Source: an uncultured Candidatus Saccharibacteria bacterium
Lineage (GTDB): Bacteria; Patescibacteriota; Minisyncoccia; Phycocordibacterales; UBA2100
NCBI GenBank assembly: GCA_964362175.1
Contig: CAYIDD010000001.1
Coordinates: 569-64,568 of the forward strand
Length of the DNA stretch: 64,000 nucleotides
Direction of reading: 5' to 3'
Below the pieces are notes generated by a model that did no database searches, had not been told where the DNA came from, and saw only the letters and a program-made list of their open reading frames with translations. The position numbers and the translations under genes are program-made. Positions within the stretch are counted from its first letter, which is position 1, and each line of letters starts with the position of its first letter. This document shows positions 18,434-27,641 of this stretch, in pieces.

Positions 18434-20134
18434 TTATTGCGGACCCGCGGGACTTCCCTCTTCCGCCGAAGCAACGACCGCAACACCGGGGCGAGCCGCT
18501 ATCGGTCTGCGCCAGAGGCGATCATGTATCGCGGAAGCGTTCTCTTTGAATTCCCCATTTCCGAGCATCCAATATACAAAAGCGCAGGCCGCTACGCCAC
18601 ACATGCCCCCCACGAAACCTCTCGTAAAGACCGACAACGTCGTGGATGCAAATGTTATCGGACCAACAGCAATGAGGACGATATAGGTGACCGCACCCCC
18701 GACAAAAGCCGAGAGAGCGCTCTCACCCCACGATCTCCAGACGCTCCGCAAAAAGCCGCCGAAGCGGTGCTCAAAGTGCAGAACGAGGATGAGCGTACTT
18801 ATGACCGCAATGAAAGAGTACGCGAACGCGAGCGTGAGCACACTACTTCCCGGCACACCGGCGACACGCAAGACCTCCTGACTCAATTCCACGAGCCATT
18901 CGTTCTTGAAGAAACCCACCAAGAGGCCGCCGAGCGCTATGGTGCCAAGGGCAGAGAGGCCGGCAACAATGAACGGCACGAAGCTGCGGCCTGCAGCATA
19001 GTATCCGCGAACGAGGAGCAATGTCAGACCCTGACAGACGAGAGAAACGGCGAGAAGCGCGAACGCAGCGGCGGTGAGACGCGTATCCGTCCAGTCAAAC
19101 GCGCCGGAGCCAAGAATAACGCGTACGATGTGTGCGCGTAACACAATGATGAGCGCCGTGATGGGAAGAGACCAGAAAAAAATGTGGCGTGCGGCGGTCG
19201 CGATATGGGACACAAATGCGCTCCGTTCACCGCGCGCTATCGCCGCGGCGAGCGTCGGGAACGCCGCCACGGAGTAAGAAGCACCGACGATGGCAAGTGG
19301 CACCGCTTGCAGGTTGTATGCGAACATAAAGACCGCGATAGAGCCGCTGGTGAGGAACGCTGCGAGCGCCGTAAGTCCGAGGAACGACACTTGATTCATT
19401 GAGAGCGCGAGTGCCCGCGGCACCGAGGTAAAAACCGTTTCAAACAGTACTTTGGTGCCCGTGAAGCGCGGTAATCGGTGGAAAAACCCGTCACCGTAAC
19501 TCGTCGGGATCTGGATGGCGAAATGCATGAACGCACCGAGCACGACGCCGGCGGCAAGGCCTGCGGTTCCCCAGAGCGGATAGAGGAAGAGAACGCCCGC
19601 AATGATGCCGAGGTTGTAGAGGAGCGGCGAGAGCGCATACAGCGCATAGCGTGCACGCACCTGTGTTATCGCGGCAAGGATGTTGGAAAGGCCGAGGAAA
19701 AAGGGTTGCAGGAGCATGATACGCGTAAGAAGGACGAGCTCGCCGTCAGCGGTATTCAATTGCGGAAAAAGGAGGGCAAGAAAAAAAGGCGCGGTAATCG
19801 CCGCGACGACCGAGACTGCCGCGGCAAGAGCCGAGAAACCCACAAGAATGGTATCTATATACGCCCGCTGATCCTCGGGCAACCGTTTCGTTAACTCCGG
19901 GATCAGCACGTACACCGACACGAGCGCGCCCATTGCAACGAAAATAAGATCCGGAATACGGAACGCCGCGTAGTAGAGATCGAGCGTTGCCGAGGCGCCG
20001 AATGCATGCGCCATCAAACGATCCCGAACGAGCGCAAGCAACGATGAGAGAAGCGCGGAAAACGCTAAGATATATACTGCCACATGGAGCCCGCGAACTT
20101 CGTATGAAAGAAATTGGAACGCCCGATTCATCAT
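18434..20134 (-). CDS. murJ: Lipid II flippase
   Basis: LVRDRL...FGA..D.YYAAFRIPD, P.LYNLGI, RGYYA; many TM helices. Confidence 0.92.
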   Translation of the reverse strand: MMNRAFQFLSYEVRGLHVAVYILAFSALLSSLLALVRDRLMAHAFGASATLDLYYAAFRIPDLIFVAMGALVSVYVLIPELTKRLPEDQRAYIDTILVGFSALAAAVSVVAAITAPFFLALLFPQLNTADGELVLLTRIMLLQPFFLGLSNILAAITQVRARYALYALSPLLYNLGIIAGVLFLYPLWGTAGLAAGVVLGAFMHFAIQIPTSYGDGFFHRLPRFTGTKVLFETVFTSVPRALALSMNQVSFLGLTALAAFLTSGSIAVFMFAYNLQAVPLAIVGASYSVAAFPTLAAAIARGERSAFVSHIATAARHIFFWSLPITALIIVLRAHIVRVILGSGAFDWTDTRLTAAAFALLAVSLVCQGLTLLLVRGYYAAGRSFVPFIVAGLSALGTIALGGLLVGFFKNEWLVELSQEVLRVAGVPGSSVLTLAFAYSFIAVISTLILVLHFEHRFGGFLRSVWRSWGESALSAFVGGAVTYIVLIAVGPITFASTTLSVFTRGFVGGMCGVAACAFVYWMLGNGEFKENASAIHDRLWRRPIAARPGVAVVASAEEGSPAGPQ

Positions 20135-20187
20135 CGTCCGATGCTATCACACTATGCACACACCCGCCGTGAGGCGGGCTGTGTGCA

Positions 20188-20520
20188 CTGCTACCTAAGC
20201 CGGATTCTGTCGAGGGCAACCATGTATCTGGGATGAATGTTGCCATTCACCTCAAGCGGCTCTCCTTGGGTGAGATATCCAATTGGTGTATCCCACACAG
20301 GCACGGCTTTGCACAGAGGTAAGAATTTTGCCGTTGCACCCACACCTCTCGATGTGATTATTCCCACCGGGAATCCTTCCCCTTTCGGAGTCGGCGTCAC
20401 TGTTCGCATCTCTCGCCTTGCGGCGGACGGGCGTTACCCGCTACCCTTCTCCGTCTTGCGACGGCTGTGTCCGGACTTTCCTCTATATGCCTTGCGGCAC
20501 ACAGCAGCTGCCTAACGCAG
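20188..20520 (-). ncRNA. rnpB: RNase P RNA
   Basis: Universal GAGGAAAGTCCGG near the 5' end and ACAGAATCCGGCTTA at the 3' end, plus GCAAC/GCAAA internal motifs; ends approximate. Confidence 0.93.
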
Positions 20521-20580
20521 GCTGACAAGGTAGCATATTTTCGCTCTTTTCTCAACCAACACCCCAAGAAACTCGTCGAA

Positions 20581-20674
20581 GGTAGGCGCTGGCGGAGACT
20601 CCGCAGGCCGAAGAGGCCGAGGGTTGAGGAATTTTTCAGCAGAAAAATTCCGGTCTCCGCCAGCGCCTGCCGAG
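20581..20674. repeat. Structured repeat family B, copy 2
   Basis: GGTAGGCGCTGGCGGAGAC/GTCTCCGCCAGCGCCTGCC stem around the same core as copy 1. Confidence 0.75.
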
Positions 20675-20687
20675 TAAGAGTTTCACC

Positions 20688-23048
20688 TCAAATAATCTCG
20701 CATGTCCCTCCCGCACACGCCAATTCCTTTGCCTGATCCGTCTCGTCGGTCCGCTCGTAGATGATCAACTTGGAGTAATCGACTGCGGGGAATTTTGCCG
20801 CGAGCTGCTCGTAGGTTTTCTTATCGATGGCCTCGTACGGCGCGAGTCGGTACACGTGATTCTCACGCGGAAGGAACGAGAGGCCGCCGATGATATCCCA
20901 GTTGTCCGAGATCCATGCAACGACTGCCACCCACTCCTCATCGCCGACGGAGATCGTTGCCGACGGATTATGTTCGGTGTAATTCAATTTAACTTTCTTC
21001 CAGTACTCAAGCTGTTCGATCGCGGAAAGATCGTTCTTGAATACAGAACCATTCGGTGCTTTGACCGGAAATTCGAGTACGAAGGTGCTCGCATCGTGCG
21101 CCTGCTGTCCCACCTCGGGATGTGCCTGCACGCCCTGATCGCGCATCATCTTGAAGAGCGAGTCGGTTGCGCTGATACGCACACGACGGATGTAGTACTG
21201 AGAATGACGCGGGTGAATACCTGAAGAGCAATTGAATGTCTGCGAGACCGTGCCCGACGGTTTTACGCACGTGATCGAGCTCGATGCGTTGATGCCGAAG
21301 CGCTTGGCGTACGTCTGGTTTGCTTTTTTGGTCGCTTCGCGCATCTTGCGCATCACTTTTTCATCGCGCACCGCGGGACAATCCCATTGACCCGTGATCG
21401 AGACACCGAGCAGGCGCTCTGCCTGACAATTTTCCTGCCACTCTTTCGAAATGTAGTTGAAGTTGGTCAGTGTTGATTGATACGTGCCCAAAAGCGTTGC
21501 GAGCTTCGCCTTGCGGAGTAACGACACCGGCGTGTCGTCGGCGCGCGCGATGACTTCCGAAAGATTGCAGAACTGTTTTGACTGGAGGATGATCTCGCCG
21601 CATGGATTGGTGCCCACCTGACCGATGAAATTACCTTTCTTGCCGCGTTTCTTTTGAAGGAGTGCGATGCGGCGCTCGGGCATCGTCTTTTCGAGCGACC
21701 CGCGGTTGAATATGCCGCGTTCACCGGTGCCGCTCTTCATGAGTGCCACCCATTCATCCATCAATTCAGCGTTCGATGGTTTCACTTCGTACACGGCGGA
21801 GTTGTTGGCTACCGATCGGTACGGATCCGTGAGGAAGAATTGACCCTTCTTGGCATCACGGATCTCGACATCGTCGAGGTCCGAGAGGCTGATCATCGCG
21901 GTGCGGCGCACGCCGCCGGCTACGACGCACTCGCCTATTTTGCAGATGATGTCGTGAGCGTCGATGTTGCGGAGGCGTCTTCCCTGTCGTCTCAGAATGC
22001 GGTCGCGTGCAAATGCGAGGAGCGAACGCAGCGGTTCCGGACCGGATGCTTTGCCGCCCATCGTCTTGAGTCGGGCACCTGCCGGACGGATCATCGAAAA
22101 ATCAAAATCGACATCTTTACCGGAGTACCACGCTTTGAGACCGAGCGTCAGAGAATCGCACCATCCTTCTTTTGTATCAGCAACAACGTGCGTGCCCAAT
22201 TTTTCTCCCGTCTGTTTTTCTATCTGCGGAAGCTGCTGAACGTTCTGGCTTTCTACCGCGTAGCCCACCCCGCACCCCTGCATGGAGAGATACATTATCT
22301 CTGCAAAATCTTCAAGCTTTACGGGAGCAGTGAACGAACAGTTGTAAAAACACGTATTGCATTTTCTCGCAGGCGCTCCGGCAAACTGCATCGCGCGCAT
22401 ACTTGGCATCACTTCTTGCTTAAGGATCGCTTCGCGAATTTCTGCGTACTCTCTTTTGGTGAGCTTATCGCCGAGATTCTCTTTCATGAATCCAACGTAG
22501 CGCTCGACGGTCTCTATCCATGTCTCGCGGCGCTGCTCACTCTCGATCCAGCGCGCATACGTGCGTAAATAGATAAATTCGCCGAGTGCATTGTTCTTGA
22601 AATACTGCCTGCTCTCCTCGGTGAGCTTTCGCACGTGCTCAGGCACCTCGCCCTGCTCCTTGCGCAGCTTCGAACGCTCGGCACGGTACAGAATATATGC
22701 TTTGGCGGTGCCCACGTAGTCGGAAAGGATGAGTTGGCGCTCGACTTCATCCTGACAACCCTCAACGGTAGGGAGAAAATTCTTGTAGGTCTTTGCGATA
22801 CGCATCATTTCACCTGCAACCTTGTGCGCAACGACGGCCGCCTCGTCGCGCGAGCCCTCATTGGAAGCCGCCATGGCCTTGTGAATGACATTTACGATTT
22901 TTGGGAAATCAAATGGGACGATCCTCCCGTCTCTTTTTTGGATCTGCGACAAATATTTTTTATAGACGCGGATCGCAGAACCATCGTCCGAGGGTACTGT
23001 GGCGACCTTTCCTCTTGCCAAGCGTGCAGTGGCTCTTGTCATGCGCAT
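20688..23048 (-). CDS. nrdJ: Class II (AdoCbl-dependent) ribonucleotide reductase with ATP cone
   Basis: KRDGRIVPFD ATP cone; YNCSF, GTNPCGEI, TCVKPSGT, C-terminal CAGGTCEI. Confidence 0.92.
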   Translation of the reverse strand: MRMTRATARLARGKVATVPSDDGSAIRVYKKYLSQIQKRDGRIVPFDFPKIVNVIHKAMAASNEGSRDEAAVVAHKVAGEMMRIAKTYKNFLPTVEGCQDEVERQLILSDYVGTAKAYILYRAERSKLRKEQGEVPEHVRKLTEESRQYFKNNALGEFIYLRTYARWIESEQRRETWIETVERYVGFMKENLGDKLTKREYAEIREAILKQEVMPSMRAMQFAGAPARKCNTCFYNCSFTAPVKLEDFAEIMYLSMQGCGVGYAVESQNVQQLPQIEKQTGEKLGTHVVADTKEGWCDSLTLGLKAWYSGKDVDFDFSMIRPAGARLKTMGGKASGPEPLRSLLAFARDRILRRQGRRLRNIDAHDIICKIGECVVAGGVRRTAMISLSDLDDVEIRDAKKGQFFLTDPYRSVANNSAVYEVKPSNAELMDEWVALMKSGTGERGIFNRGSLEKTMPERRIALLQKKRGKKGNFIGQVGTNPCGEIILQSKQFCNLSEVIARADDTPVSLLRKAKLATLLGTYQSTLTNFNYISKEWQENCQAERLLGVSITGQWDCPAVRDEKVMRKMREATKKANQTYAKRFGINASSSITCVKPSGTVSQTFNCSSGIHPRHSQYYIRRVRISATDSLFKMMRDQGVQAHPEVGQQAHDASTFVLEFPVKAPNGSVFKNDLSAIEQLEYWKKVKLNYTEHNPSATISVGDEEWVAVVAWISDNWDIIGGLSFLPRENHVYRLAPYEAIDKKTYEQLAAKFPAVDYSKLIIYERTDETDQAKELACAGGTCEII

Positions 23049-23148
23049 TTTCGACTAAACTTTTAACGGACGTTCATTGTACTCCTGCGCGATAAACTTT
23101 GCCGCATCGGGCACCTGTTGATAACTCACCTCCCCTCCAATTTCGCCT

Positions 23149-23649
23149 CTAGAGTCGCACAATATCCCCCAAAGAAACGTTATTCCGGCCCACAAAACCT
23201 GCCGGAAGCTCCAAAACATAGCGGGCAGGACCTGAAGAGACGAAACTCTGGGGATACGTGTCTGGCGACACATTTTCAAGCATGTAAACAACTCTTCCGT
23301 CTTCCGACCCGTCTCGACTCGGTCGATCCGAGGCGGAAAGCCAGAGGATGTCGATCGAAAAACGCATGTCTTTCATCCAGAATGCGTACTGACCGTCTTC
23401 AGGAAAAATAAAAAGCATTCCTTCGTCTGGCGCGAGGCGCTCGCGCCCGCTCAGACCGATCTGGCGCTCCTCGGGCGTGTCCATCACCGATACACGCACT
23501 GTCGTGTTCCCCACCCGCACCGTTGGTCCAGGAGATGTTTCGGGAATGGTCGATTCAGCGACACGTTTCTCATCACTACGTAGCACGAAGATCGCGCCAA
23601 CGATCAAAAAAATCGCCAGAACTGCGATCGGAGCGCGTATATATTTCAT
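23149..23649 (-). CDS. DUF192 family protein
   Basis: ERQIGLSGR, GMLFIF, FWMKDM..IDILW, YVLEL.AG. Confidence 0.9.
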   Translation of the reverse strand: MKYIRAPIAVLAIFLIVGAIFVLRSDEKRVAESTIPETSPGPTVRVGNTTVRVSVMDTPEERQIGLSGRERLAPDEGMLFIFPEDGQYAFWMKDMRFSIDILWLSASDRPSRDGSEDGRVVYMLENVSPDTYPQSFVSSGPARYVLELPAGFVGRNNVSLGDIVRL

Positions 23650-23675
23650 AGGAGACCCAGACGAACGTAACGACA

Positions 23676-24143
23676 TCACTCGGCGATATAAATCTCCGGA
23701 CTCACTTGATCGTATAAGCCTCCGGAACCCGCCTGCGTGCCGAGAGTAAGAACTACCGCCATAACGATGAGTGTCACGAGCCAGTACAGCGAGTTAATGA
23801 GATAGAGCCGGAATGGCTTGTGCTCCCACAACACCGTACCCAGCATAACGGGCGCCACGAATCCCACCCAGCACCAGAATCCGAGTTCGATCGCACCGAT
23901 CCAATCATACACACCCCACGCGATGCCGAAATAATTCATTACGTATGCAGCCATCATTCCTGCAAAAAGTGAAATGAGCGCATGAAGATGTCTGTTCTTC
24001 TTTCCACGCTCCGCCATTTCCGGTGTGATGTTGTTCAATCGCACCCACGCATTGCCGAAAACTTTTGGGTGATACCAAACCCATCCGATGAGCACGGAAG
24101 CAACGCCCGCCGCGAACACCGGCCAGAATGTAACATCGATCAT
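23676..24143 (-). CDS. DUF1761 family membrane protein
   Basis: IGWVWYHPKVFG.AW, FWCWVGF, INSLYWL. Confidence 0.85.
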   Translation of the reverse strand: MIDVTFWPVFAAGVASVLIGWVWYHPKVFGNAWVRLNNITPEMAERGKKNRHLHALISLFAGMMAAYVMNYFGIAWGVYDWIGAIELGFWCWVGFVAPVMLGTVLWEHKPFRLYLINSLYWLVTLIVMAVVLTLGTQAGSGGLYDQVSPEIYIAE

Positions 24144-24339
24144 AGGCGCATGATAGCTCACGGACGCGCTCCGTCCAGACGAAGATGTGCATAGATGCGA
24201 AGGACAAGAGGACACGCTTTCTCCCACACAAAGCGGGCCGTCCGCAGTTCGAACTTTTAGAGATTAGCTACTTGCAACAAGTTATCCACTAACACAAAAC
24301 CGCCTACGGTGAATAGGCGGCTTGTGTCCTAAGTGACGA

Positions 24340-24504
24340 TTAACGACCACCCAAAATCCCACTGGGCTGTCTCGGTTCTTCGGGCTTTCCTCCCTTGTCC
24401 AACTCTCTTAATCGCTTCTCAACCTCCTCCAAACGCTGTGATATACGGGTGATTACCGCATTCACATGCGCATACAAACTCTCAACCGTGTCTGGTACTT
24501 TCAT
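24340..24504 (-). CDS. Small coiled-coil protein (54 aa)
   Basis: MKVPDTVESLYAHVNAVITRISQRLEEVEKRLRELDKGG...; purine-rich AGAAAGAG upstream, hairpin downstream. Confidence 0.5.
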   Translation of the reverse strand: MKVPDTVESLYAHVNAVITRISQRLEEVEKRLRELDKGGKPEEPRQPSGILGGR

Positions 24505-24530
24505 AATTACTCTTTCTAATTAACTCGACA

Positions 24531-24677
24531 ATGAATAAATCTACAAAGAAGTCTAAAATATCCTCTATTAGAGCCGATGTTAAGGCCTTACGAAAGGATT
24601 TTAAACTTCTCGCATCCCTCCTTGAACGTCTGTGTCAACTAACGGGGGCTAGTAGGGCCGAACTCGCGAAGATGTGA
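24531..24677 (+). CDS. Small basic helical protein (48 aa)
   Basis: MNKSTKKSKISSIRADVKALRKDFKLLASLLERLCQLTGASRAELAKM, divergent from the previous ORF. Confidence 0.4.
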   Translation: MNKSTKKSKISSIRADVKALRKDFKLLASLLERLCQLTGASRAELAKM

Positions 24678-24822
24678 ACTTACTTAAAAGGGGGTTACTA
24701 ATAATTAGTGTCCACAGTATACTACAATAACTTGTTGCAGGTATATAGGCTCTGAACTTTTGACATCAAGCACCGTAAGGGTTCTTTAGTAAGTTCCAGG
24801 GCGACTTGCCGAGGTGTCCGCA

Positions 24823-25767
24823 TCACGAGGCCTTATTTGCACCTTCAAGCTCTTCTTGTTTACTTCGGGCGTAACGATTTAACTCTTGACCTTGATCACT
24901 CAAGTAACCGGCCGTTGAAAAAGCACGCCATATTTTGCCTCGAGCTTCATTCATTTCTTTTAACGTTTGAGCGGTATCGAAAGTGTGTCTGAAGATACCG
25001 TACTCCTTATCCGTAGCGGTTTTTTGCAACTCTCTTCCTTGATAGGACAGACTGCCACCAGGGGTTACGCACAACTGCCATATCTTTGCCTTGATTTTTT
25101 CTAAACCATCAACGGTATTCTCTTCCTCTATCTGTTTTGAGAATATGCCAGCCATATGTTCGTTAGCTGCATGGTACACAATGTCCACAACCGATGAAAC
25201 AATCCGATAGTCGCTATGAATTACTTGATGTATCAGTTCCTTATATTGGTTTCTTAGACTGTCGATCTCTTCGACTGCTTTGATATTGCTAAAACCTTTC
25301 GCAAAAACCGATTTTATTTTCGATTCGAGCACGTCTGCAAGTTGTTTCTCGTTAAATTCGCCTTTGTCGTGCTTACCATACTTTTCATCATTCAAATCTT
25401 TCCGAAGCTTTAAAAGTTCTTCTATATTTTGCGCTGACTGTATTCGTTCGTTCCATGGTCGACTGTCTTTCTCTTCTCGTGGCGGCCATCTACGCTCGGG
25501 CTCACGTAACTGACCAGGAATATATTGTGCTCGCTTTTCGGGATCCTTGAGAGTGGCGTAGGCTTCCGAAACCAATTTCATTTTCTCGGCGTCTCCCCCA
25601 CTTTCCGAGTCGGGATGAAGGTTTTTTGAGATCGTTCTGAAAGCGACAGCAATTTCGGTCTGCGACGCATCGGACGCAACACCGAGTCTCGCATAAAAAT
25701 CAGCAGTAGCTTCGATATGCGGGGTCAAACGATTTTGCTTCGAACTTGGCTCGACCCGCTCTTTCAT
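24823..25767 (-). CDS. J-domain protein with helical C-terminus
   Basis: DFYARLGV..EIAVAFR..LHPD..EAYATLKDP..RAQY. Confidence 0.88.
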   Translation of the reverse strand: MKERVEPSSKQNRLTPHIEATADFYARLGVASDASQTEIAVAFRTISKNLHPDSESGGDAEKMKLVSEAYATLKDPEKRAQYIPGQLREPERRWPPREEKDSRPWNERIQSAQNIEELLKLRKDLNDEKYGKHDKGEFNEKQLADVLESKIKSVFAKGFSNIKAVEEIDSLRNQYKELIHQVIHSDYRIVSSVVDIVYHAANEHMAGIFSKQIEEENTVDGLEKIKAKIWQLCVTPGGSLSYQGRELQKTATDKEYGIFRHTFDTAQTLKEMNEARGKIWRAFSTAGYLSDQGQELNRYARSKQEELEGANKAS

Positions 25768-25864
25768 GGCTAAACTATAACACTATCCGCAAAAGCTTCT
25801 TGAAGCCATCGACAACGCATCGAAACCATAGGCGTCCGCATACCTCCGATACTTCTTTCTTCGG

Positions 25865-25972
25865 GCGGAGGCGGAGAGATTCGAACTCTCGGTGCCCTCC
25901 CGATTTCTTCAAGCTCGCTTGATTAGAAATCGCAGTTCTTTAGGGTTGCGGCACGCTTTCTCCCACACAAAG
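25865..25972 (-). pseudogene. Partial tRNA-Ser 3' copy interrupted by a hairpin insert
   Basis: 25865-25896 is identical to 25972-26003; after ~49 bp of insert it resumes with TTGCGGCAC..GCTTTC. Confidence 0.7.
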
Positions 25973-26057
25973 CGGAGGCGGAGAGATTCGAACTCTCGGT
26001 GCCTTGCGGCACACACGCTTTCCAAGCGTGCGCACTAGACCACTATGCGACGCCTCC
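25973..26057 (-). tRNA. tRNA-Ser(GGA)
   Basis: GGAGGCG acceptor stem, loop TTGGAAA, long variable arm GTGCCGCAAGGCAC, G73. Confidence 0.95.
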
Positions 26058-26127
26058 GTGCGCATGAGTATACGACAACTCGGTAGAGGTTCAAAAAATA
26101 TGGCGGTCGCATTTGCGCGACCGCCCT

Positions 26128-26361
26128 TCACATCCCCCTCGTCAACTTCGAGCTCCGCCGACGTCTGCGCCGTTTTTTGCTCAAGTACCACTTTTGTTGT
26201 TCGACGTCGGCAGCCGTGATCGGTCCGAGAAGTCGTTCCTTCGGCGGAGGGGTCCACATCACCGGAAGGACAATGATGATTGCAGACCCATCCATCCGGC
26301 GACACAACTTGGAACGCCAGTTCGGTTGAAACCAAATAACTGTGCCCATCATTGCCTCCAT
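26128..26361 (-). CDS. Hypothetical small protein
   Basis: ORF with GGAGG near the start and a terminator-like hairpin at 26102-26124; start uncertain. Confidence 0.45.
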   Translation of the reverse strand: MEAMMGTVIWFQPNWRSKLCRRMDGSAIIIVLPVMWTPPPKERLLGPITAADVEQQKWYLSKKRRRRRRSSKLTRGM

Positions 26362-26391
26362 GATTAAGGGGCCGAACTCACAACACGTCAT

Positions 26392-26649
26392 CTAGTTCTT
26401 CCTGTTCCACGGGTTTTTCCGCCCCGTGGGATTGCTTGAGTCGAACTTAAGCTCGACGGCTCGCAACGGCACCACCGTCGCTTGAGACGCAGCGAACTCC
26501 CGACCCCGCTTCAGCTGGCGCGCAGCCTCTTCCGCCAGCAGATCCTCGACACTTTTCATCCTTTCCTCAGGCAGAGTTTCCCGGAAAATCCGGTTGACCG
26601 CCTCCTGAGCCCGCAACCATCGGTAGTGAGCGAGCCTGATTATCGTCAT
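26392..26649 (-). CDS. Hypothetical small protein
   Basis: TTGACA-16-TATTGT promoter and AGGAGG SD before MTIIRL. Confidence 0.6.
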   Translation of the reverse strand: MTIIRLAHYRWLRAQEAVNRIFRETLPEERMKSVEDLLAEEAARQLKRGREFAASQATVVPLRAVELKFDSSNPTGRKNPWNRKN

Positions 26650-26702
26650 CGTTGGCGGCCTCCTCGCCCGCTTCGGACACAATAGTATAGGGACTGTGCT
26701 TG

Positions 26703-27593
26703 TCAAACGTTGAGCCCGCGAAGTGCCGCGACACGCTCTTCAACGGGCGGATGTGTGCTGAACATCTTTGCGATGAATTTGCCCGCCTCGTGCGCACCAA
26801 AAGGATTCGAGATAAATAGGTGCGCCGTCGCGTGATTCGCGCGCTGCATAGGTGCTTCGTACGAAGAAATTTTTTGCAGTGCGGAAGCAAGAGCATCGGG
26901 ATAGCGCGTGAGGAGTGCGCCGGAAGCGTCGGCGAGGAATTCCCGCTTTCTGGAAACAGCCATTTGTATCAATTGCGCTGCGATTGGCGCGAGTACGATG
27001 GCAACAATACCCGCAACGAGAAGCAGCGGATTTTTATTATCCCGGTCCCCATGCCCGAAAAAGCTCATGCGCAGGAAAATATCCGAGATGATGGCAATGA
27101 ATCCCGCCAAGACAACAGCGACCGTCATTACCAGAATGTCGCGATTCCCGATGTGCGAGAGTTCGTGTGCGAGCACTCCCTCAAGCTCACTCCTGTCGAG
27201 CCGCGCGAGGAGCCCCGTCGTCACGGCAACGACTGCATGCTTGGCATCGCGCCCCGCGGCAAACGCATTGGGTGCCTGATCATCTATTACATACAACCGC
27301 GGCTTGGGAAGCCCCGCGGTGATGGCGAGATTTTCCAATATCCGGTGCAATTCGAGGTACTGAACTGAGTCGGCCTCATGCGCGCCACTTGATGCAAGCG
27401 CGATCTTATCGGAAAACCAGTACGCGGTGACATTCATGAAAAGCGAGAACGCAACGGCCGCGTACAGTATCGCGGCATTGCCGTATATCTGCGAAACGAT
27501 CCATCCGACCGCGATCACGACGACCAAAAATCCGGTCATCAAAAACCACGTCCTGCGAATATTTTTTCCCTGTTGTGTGTACAGTGACGCCAT
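26703..27593 (-). CDS. htpX: Zinc metalloprotease HtpX (M48)
   Basis: PNAFA, GVLAHELSH, SRKREFLADA, STHPP. Confidence 0.95.
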   Translation of the reverse strand: MASLYTQQGKNIRRTWFLMTGFLVVVIAVGWIVSQIYGNAAILYAAVAFSLFMNVTAYWFSDKIALASSGAHEADSVQYLELHRILENLAITAGLPKPRLYVIDDQAPNAFAAGRDAKHAVVAVTTGLLARLDRSELEGVLAHELSHIGNRDILVMTVAVVLAGFIAIISDIFLRMSFFGHGDRDNKNPLLLVAGIVAIVLAPIAAQLIQMAVSRKREFLADASGALLTRYPDALASALQKISSYEAPMQRANHATAHLFISNPFGAHEAGKFIAKMFSTHPPVEERVAALRGLNV

Positions 27594-27641
27594 ACCCAAA
27601 AAGAATACCTAAAATATGTCTCGACTTCCACTATATTTGAA

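Larger units (their letters stand above)
24213..25975. mobile_element. AT-rich islet bounded by a 24-bp direct repeat at the tRNA-Ser 3' end
   Basis: CACGCTTTCTCCCACACAAAGCGG at 24213-24236 and 25952-25975; interior visibly AT-richer; no integrase. Confidence 0.7.

Noticed and set aside
20191-20515. Short ORFs at 20191-20409 and 20237-20515
   Set aside because: They overlap the RNase P RNA gene.
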